In this document: one piece after another, positions 58,611-64,000 of the stretch
Numbering within the stretch: position 1 is the first letter of the stretch
Layout of the letters: every line of letters begins with the position of its first letter
NCBI GenBank assembly: GCA_034436555.1
Contig: DAOTUU010000035.1
Span: forward strand, 36,655 to 100,654
Source of the DNA: Chloroflexota bacterium
GTDB taxonomy: Bacteria; Chloroflexota; Limnocylindria; Limnocylindrales; CSP1-4
Length of the DNA: 64,000 nt
Direction: 5' to 3'
Translations under genes and position numbers: made by a program
The notes under the pieces: model-generated
The model's input: only the letters and a program-made list of their open reading frames with translations
Told to the model about the DNA's origin: nothing
Databases searched by the model: none

Positions 58611-58851
58611 CCCGTGACCGCGTGGACCGCCGAGGCCCGCGACGATCACGGCGTCCGGGCGGCGAACAGCGTCCCCATCCTCGGCACGGAGCCAGGCGGG
58701 CTGCGCGACGCTCGTCGGGAGCGCCGCCAGCACACGGAGGCCGACCGTCCGAGCACGTCGCTTCCCGACCGGGTCGCCTGACCGCGATCGCCAGGGCGCC
58801 TGTGGCGACCCGACCGGGGTCCCTGCGCCTCCCATCTCGTACCATCCGCGG

Positions 58852-59667
58852 GTGACCCAGGCTTCCTCCCCCGCCCACGCTCCATCCAGCCCCGACTCGC
58901 CGCCCGGTCTGACCTCGCCCATCGACGACGTGCACTCCGCCACGGCCATCGAGCGCGGCAGGCCCAGCTACTCCTGGCGGTCGGGCCAGGATCGGCGCCT
59001 CGAGATGGTCCGTCGATTCATCGACCTCGAGGGCGCCCGGGTGCTGGACGTGGGCTGCGGCATCGGGACGTACGTGCGGCGCTTCCGGCAGTACACCGAC
59101 CATGTCCACGGCGTCGAGGTGGAGGCGGAGCGCGTGGCACAGGCCAGCCGGGATCTGCCCGACATCGTGCAGGGCGTGGGGGAGGCGCTCCCCTACCCGG
59201 ACCGCCAGTTCGACCTCGTGTTCAGCAACGAGGTCATCGAGCACGTCCAGGACGATCGCCAGACCGCCCGGGAGATGGTGCGCGTGACGAGGCCCGACGG
59301 CCTGGTCGTGGTGTTCGCGCCGAACCGGCTGTACCCGTTCGAGACCCACGGCGCGTACCTCGGCGGACGGTACGTGTTCGGCAATGTGCCGCTGGTGAAC
59401 TGGTTCCCCGATCCCATCCGCGATCGGCTGGCACCCCATGTGCGCGCCTACACCATGCGCGGCATCGAGCGACTGTTCGCGGGCCAGCCCGTCCGCCTGG
59501 TCCATCACCGGGTGATCTATCCGGGCTTCGACAACCTGACCGAGCGCCATGCGCGCCTGGGCCCCATCCTTCGGCGCGCGCTGTACACCGCAGAGCAGAC
59601 GCCGCTCCACGCCTTCGGGCTGTCGCACCTCCTGGTGCTGCGCCGCACGGACGCGCCCATCCGCTGA
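58852..59667 (+). CDS. Class I SAM-dependent methyltransferase
   Basis: ORF 58852..59667 with GTG start. SAM motif VLDVGCGIGTY. An alternative ATG lies at 59005. Confidence 0.75.
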   Translation: MTQASSPAHAPSSPDSPPGLTSPIDDVHSATAIERGRPSYSWRSGQDRRLEMVRRFIDLEGARVLDVGCGIGTYVRRFRQYTDHVHGVEVEAERVAQASRDLPDIVQGVGEALPYPDRQFDLVFSNEVIEHVQDDRQTAREMVRVTRPDGLVVVFAPNRLYPFETHGAYLGGRYVFGNVPLVNWFPDPIRDRLAPHVRAYTMRGIERLFAGQPVRLVHHRVIYPGFDNLTERHARLGPILRRALYTAEQTPLHAFGLSHLLVLRRTDAPIR

Positions 59668-59716
59668 CACGGGCCTCCCGCGCGACGCTCCTGGGAGGCC
59701 CGGGTGACCGCGGCGC

Positions 59717-61966
59717 TCAGGCGGGCGGGGGCGAGAGGTCGGGAGCCGGGGACGCGGCATCCTCAGGGTCGGGCTCATCGACCGGCAGCACGGGCGGCTG
59801 CGTCGGCGACACGCTGGGCAGGGGCGTGGGCGTGGCCTGGGGCCGCGCGCCGGGACGCAGGAACACGTCGATCGCGAGCGGCGCCGACCAGTTGCCCGCG
59901 ACATCGCGCCACTGGACGCGGATCGTGCGCCTGCCGGCCTTCCCCGAGGGAGTCGGCTCCGACGGCGCTGACGGCGCGACCGACGGCACGGAGGACGGAC
60001 CGCTCGTCGGCGCGGGCTCGGCCGACGGCGAGGGAGGCGCTCCGGTCGATGGTGCGCCCGGTGCGGCGGACGCGGACGTCCCGGCCGGCGGCGAGGGTGT
60101 CGGGGCGGGCGTCTTGCGGGGGCGGGCGGGGCGCGGGGTGGCCAGGTCGTAGGCTGGTCCACCCGTCGTGAGGTCCACCGTGACCGCGTCGCTGACGGGG
60201 AACGTGGTCCCGTCGGCGAGCTGGCCGTCCGCGTCGAGCGCATCGGCGAGCGACACCCGCACGAACGCCGGCCCGGACCCCTCGCCATCCTGCGCCGTGA
60301 GCAGCAGCCGGACCCGCGGGCCCACGACCGGCAGGCCCTGCCGCTGACCCGTCACGCTGCCCGGATCGAGATCCGCGCTGCCCGAGGGCGGCGCATCGTC
60401 CGTCGCGCCGCCGATGGCCATCCGCAGCACCGACCACATCTCGGGACCCGCACCCTGATAGCCCAGGGCCCAGAAGCCGACGCCCCGCAGCTGCTGCTCG
60501 AGCGCGAAGTCGACCTTGGCCCGGGTGGCGTCCACATCGTCATACCAGAGCTGGCGCCAGGTGACGCGACACGCCTGGCAGTCCGTCAGCTTCGACGGGT
60601 AAAGCGACCAGGCGGACTGTTCCACCTCGTCGTACAGCCGGCCCGTCCGGGCCGCCTGGAGGATCGCGTCGTCGTAGTTGATCGTCACCGACACCGGCCA
60701 GCGGGCACCGGAGCGGGTGTCGGCGTGCGGCTGCGGGGAGGTGGTGGACCAGGCGCGGCCGTACCACGGCAGCCCCAGGATGACCACCGAGGGATCGACC
60801 GATGCCAGGATGTTCGCGACGTCGCCGGTCAGGTCGCGCGGACCGGTGACGCTCACCAGCGGCGCGTTGGAGCCGGTCCGCGCGGCGGCGCCGGTGAGGT
60901 ACTCGTAGCCCATCACGAACAGCGCGTCGGCGGCGTCCTCCGCGGTCAACGCGGCGATGTCGTAGTTCTCCACGCCCGGCATCACGTCGAACGTGAGCTG
61001 GAGCGTCGGATCCACGGCGTTCATCGCGGCGCGCAGCTCGCGCACGAACTGGGTGAAGTCGGCGCTGACCTCCGCGGGCAGCGGCTCCACGTCCAGGTTC
61101 ACGCCGTCCAGACCGCGCTCCGTGACGAGCGCCATGACCTGGTCGCTCAGGCGCATCCGCGCGGCGGGGTCGCTGAACAGCCGGATCGTGCGCCTGCGCT
61201 GGGAGTCGGTCCACGAGAAGCGCTGGATGGTCAGCACGGTCCGGACGCCGGCGGCCTGGGCCCGCGCCTGGAGGTCCCGCCAGGTCTCGCCGTTGAACCC
61301 GGCCCAGCCCGGCGTGTCCACGCCGCCCGCCTGCCGGATGAGGTTGCCCCGCGCGTTCGCCTCCACGCCGAAATAGGCGAGCGTGGTCAGCTGCGACAGG
61401 TCGAGCGTGTCCGCCTTGCCCATCTCCCAGTAGGGCAGGAACCCGTAGACCTCCGTCGACGCCAGGGCGCGATCGCGCGGTGGGCCGGGCGTCAGGACCG
61501 GCGCGGTCACCCCGGGGGTGGGAGTGGGCAGGGGAGACGCACCGGGTGCCTCGCTGCCCGGCGCCTGCGTGCCGGGCGATGCCGGTGCGCCGGCGGTCAC
61601 GGTCGCGGGCGCCGCGCTGGGAGGCGCCGACGAGCCCGCGGCGCCCTGGCTCGCGGACGGAGCGGCCGTGGGCGTGGCGGGCGGCGTGGGTCGTGGCGTG
61701 GGTGACGCGGTCGCCCGCGGCGTCCGCCCGGGCAGGAGCGTGCCGGAGGGAGCACTGGGCTCGCGCGTCGGCTCTGCCGCGGCCTGGGTGGGTGCGGCCG
61801 CGCTCGGCGTCGCCACGGGCACCGTCGACGGACCTCCGGACCCCGGGGCCGGCGTCACGGAGATGCAGCCGCCGAGCGCGATGGCGAGCGCCACCAGGGA
61901 GGCTGGCACGGACCAGCGGGCGCGCACGCGACGGCCGCGCGGCCCGAAGGGAGATGTGGAGATCAC
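59717..61966 (-). CDS. GH18-family (chitinase-like) lipoprotein with long Pro/Thr/Ala/Ser-rich linkers and a C-terminal domain
   Basis: ORF 59717..61966 (-). Lipobox LAIALGGC. GH18 catalytic motif LDGVNLDVEP. Start is uncertain (GTG). Confidence 0.8.
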   Translation of the reverse strand: MISTSPFGPRGRRVRARWSVPASLVALAIALGGCISVTPAPGSGGPSTVPVATPSAAAPTQAAAEPTREPSAPSGTLLPGRTPRATASPTPRPTPPATPTAAPSASQGAAGSSAPPSAAPATVTAGAPASPGTQAPGSEAPGASPLPTPTPGVTAPVLTPGPPRDRALASTEVYGFLPYWEMGKADTLDLSQLTTLAYFGVEANARGNLIRQAGGVDTPGWAGFNGETWRDLQARAQAAGVRTVLTIQRFSWTDSQRRRTIRLFSDPAARMRLSDQVMALVTERGLDGVNLDVEPLPAEVSADFTQFVRELRAAMNAVDPTLQLTFDVMPGVENYDIAALTAEDAADALFVMGYEYLTGAAARTGSNAPLVSVTGPRDLTGDVANILASVDPSVVILGLPWYGRAWSTTSPQPHADTRSGARWPVSVTINYDDAILQAARTGRLYDEVEQSAWSLYPSKLTDCQACRVTWRQLWYDDVDATRAKVDFALEQQLRGVGFWALGYQGAGPEMWSVLRMAIGGATDDAPPSGSADLDPGSVTGQRQGLPVVGPRVRLLLTAQDGEGSGPAFVRVSLADALDADGQLADGTTFPVSDAVTVDLTTGGPAYDLATPRPARPRKTPAPTPSPPAGTSASAAPGAPSTGAPPSPSAEPAPTSGPSSVPSVAPSAPSEPTPSGKAGRRTIRVQWRDVAGNWSAPLAIDVFLRPGARPQATPTPLPSVSPTQPPVLPVDEPDPEDAASPAPDLSPPPA

Positions 61967-62036
61967 CGGGTCACCCTACACCGGATGGTCGCGCCACGCC
62001 CTCGCCGGGGTCCGGCGGGCCCGGTGGGTCGCGGGG

Positions 62037-64000
62037 TCAGGAGGGCTGGGCCACCGCGTCTGACACTCGGCCATCGCGCGAGCCGCCGCGACCCGGACGG
62101 ACATCCGCGCGACGCAGGCGCAGCGAGTTGAGCACCACGCTCACGCTCGAGAAGGCCATCGCCCCGGCGGCCAGGGCGGGGTCGAGGGTGATGCCCAGGA
62201 ACGGGTACAGGACGCCCATGGCGACCGGGATGAGCACCACGTTGTACGCGAACGCCCAGAACAGGTTCTCGCGGATGATGCGCACCGTCCGCCGCGACAT
62301 CTCGATGGCCGACACCACCAGGCGCGGGTCCCCGCCCACCAGGGTCACGTCGGACGCCTCGATGGCCACGTCGGTGCCGGTGCCGATGGCGACGCCCAGG
62401 TCCGCCTGGGCGAGCGCCGGCGCATCGTTGATGCCATCGCCCACCATGGCCACCCGCCGGCCGCGCGCCTGGAGCTCCCGGACGGTCGCCTGCTTGTCAC
62501 CCGGCAGCACCTCCGCGGCGACGTGCTCGATGCCGACCTGGCGCGCCACGGCATCCGCCACGACCCGGTTGTCACCCGTCACCAGCCACACCTCGACGCC
62601 CCGCGCGCGAAGCTCTCGGACCGCCTCCGCGGCCTCCGCCTTGACCGGGTCGCTGATGCCGATGACCCCCAGGCACGCGCCGTCCGCGGCCACCAGCACG
62701 GGGGTCTGACCCTGCGCCGCGACCGCCGCCGCGGCCGCCGCCAGCGGCTCCGGGTCCACGCCCGCGTCCCGCAGCAGCCGGGCATTGCCGACCAGGACCG
62801 TCGAGCCGTCCACCTGGGCCCGGACACCGCCGCCGGTGATCGATTCGAACACGGTCGCCGCCGACAGCGCCTCGCCGCGGTCTCGCGCGGCGGCGACGAT
62901 GGCGGCCCCCAGGGGATGCTCCGACCCCACCTCCACCGCCGCCGCCAGGCGCAGCAGCCTGCCCTCCGCCTCGTCGCCCGCGCCGAGCGTGTCGAGCGAC
63001 GCGACCGCGGGCCTGCCCAGCGTCAGCGTGCCGGTCTTGTCGAAGATGACGGTGTCCACCCGGCCGGCCGACTCCAGCGCCTCGCCCCCGCGGATGAGGA
63101 TGCCCGCCTCGGCCGCCTTGCCGGTGCCGACCATGATCGCGGTCGGGGTGGCGAGCCCCATGGCGCAGGGGCACGCGATGATGAGCACGGTCACCATCGC
63201 GACGAGCGCGCGCGTGAGCTGCGGCTCCGGGCCCGCAAGGAACCAGATCCCAAACGTGACCGCCGCGAGGACGATGACGAGCGGCACGAATCGAGCGCTG
63301 ACGGCGTCCGCGAGGCGCTGGATGGGCGCCTTGGAGCCCTGCGCCGCCTGGACCATCCGGACGATCTGCCCGAGCACCGTGTCCCGACCCACGCGCGTGG
63401 CGCGGAACACGAAGGTGCCGGTGGTGTTGAGCGTGGCCCCGATGACATCATCGCCCACGCCCTTGGTCACGGGCATGGACTCGCCGGTGAGCATCGATTC
63501 ATCGACCGCGGACGAGCCGGACGTCAGGACGCCGTCCACGGGCACCTTCTCGCCGGGGCGGACGCGCAGCAGGTCGCCCGGCTGGACCTGCTCGATGGGG
63601 ACGTCCACCTCCTCGTCGCCGCGCACCAGCCGGGCGGTCCGCGCCTGGAGCCCGATGAGCGCCTTCACGGCGCCCGTGGTCTGGGAGCGGGCGCGCGCCT
63701 CCAGCCAGCGGCCCGCCAGGATGAGGCCGACGATGATGGCGCTGGAGTCGAAGTAGGTCGCGGGCTCGATGCCCGCGTGCATCACGAGCATCGGCCACAT
63801 CGTGACGACCACGCTGTAGCCCCATGCGGCGAGGGTGCCGACCGCGACCAGGGTGTCCATGGTGACCGTGTGATGACGCGCCGCGGCCCAGGCGCGCTGG
63901 AGGAACATGCCACCGGCCCAGAACTGGACGAACGTCGCGGGCCACAGCGCCAGCTTGTTGACGTCCTCCATGGACAGCCCGGACCCGCCCGGCCAGAACA
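62037..64000 (-). CDS. Heavy-metal (Cu-type) translocating P1B-type ATPase. Partial: its N-terminus lies beyond the window end.
   Basis: ORF 62037..63971 (-). CPC motif in a TM helix; DKTGTLT; GDGINDAP. The reading frame remains open to the window edge. Confidence 0.9.
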   Translation of the reverse strand, partial: FWPGGSGLSMEDVNKLALWPATFVQFWAGGMFLQRAWAAARHHTVTMDTLVAVGTLAAWGYSVVVTMWPMLVMHAGIEPATYFDSSAIIVGLILAGRWLEARARSQTTGAVKALIGLQARTARLVRGDEEVDVPIEQVQPGDLLRVRPGEKVPVDGVLTSGSSAVDESMLTGESMPVTKGVGDDVIGATLNTTGTFVFRATRVGRDTVLGQIVRMVQAAQGSKAPIQRLADAVSARFVPLVIVLAAVTFGIWFLAGPEPQLTRALVAMVTVLIIACPCAMGLATPTAIMVGTGKAAEAGILIRGGEALESAGRVDTVIFDKTGTLTLGRPAVASLDTLGAGDEAEGRLLRLAAAVEVGSEHPLGAAIVAAARDRGEALSAATVFESITGGGVRAQVDGSTVLVGNARLLRDAGVDPEPLAAAAAAVAAQGQTPVLVAADGACLGVIGISDPVKAEAAEAVRELRARGVEVWLVTGDNRVVADAVARQVGIEHVAAEVLPGDKQATVRELQARGRRVAMVGDGINDAPALAQADLGVAIGTGTDVAIEASDVTLVGGDPRLVVSAIEMSRRTVRIIRENLFWAFAYNVVLIPVAMGVLYPFLGITLDPALAAGAMAFSSVSVVLNSLRLRRADVRPGRGGSRDGRVSDAVAQPS

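Noticed and set aside
1-64000. Searched for tRNA/rRNA genes, IS elements, transposases, integrases and phage genes
   Set aside because: None were recognised. No cloverleaf-like low-GC islands, no DDE or tyrosine-recombinase motifs were seen. The accessory content is limited to the TA modules and the repeat arrays.

Overview
This is 64 kb of a very GC-rich (about 70%+) chromosome segment of actinobacterial type. Intergenic regions are short and adjacent genes often overlap by ATGA or GTGA. No rRNA, tRNA, CRISPR array, transposase or integrase was recognised.

Gene content is mostly core metabolism:
- A nucleoside/sugar-type ABC transporter (partial ATPase plus BMP-family lipoprotein).
- A divergent amidohydrolase and GntR-family regulator pair.
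- A membrane GGDEF-EAL protein.
- A MerR-like regulator followed by an hmuTUV-like iron/heme ABC importer, then a PhzF-family protein.
- A cyclophilin, a cyclic amidohydrolase, and an acetaldehyde dehydrogenase / 4-hydroxy-2-oxovalerate aldolase pair.
- A seven-gene minus-strand branched-chain amino-acid super-operon, ilvB-ilvN-ilvC-leuA-leuB-cimA-pheA (26149 down to 17336). All junctions overlap, and a terminator-like hairpin plus U-tract sits in its leader.
- Divergent leuC-leuD, then ilvD and proS.
- MarR-fabD-fabF, a second KAS II, and an MpaB-family oxygenase, flanked by two paralogous BNR-repeat secreted proteins.
- A split LAL/LuxR regulator, GH15 and GH18 hydrolases, and an OmpR/histidine-kinase pair.
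- A minus-strand operon of a zinc-ribbon membrane protein, an S53 peptidase and a thioesterase.
- A partial P-type ATPase at the window end.

Accessory content:
- Three type II toxin-antitoxin modules: Phd/YefM-RelE/ParE and two RHH-PIN pairs. They lie in lower-GC patches.
- An XRE-family regulator gene embedded in a roughly 1.7 kb array of GC-rich tandem repeats. The array carries about 10 copies of the 14-bp palindrome GTCGACATGTCGAC. It sits exactly between the divergent ilvB and leuC promoters. This is the most unusual structure in the window.
- Several other GC-rich minisatellite blocks. One has strong G-quadruplex potential.
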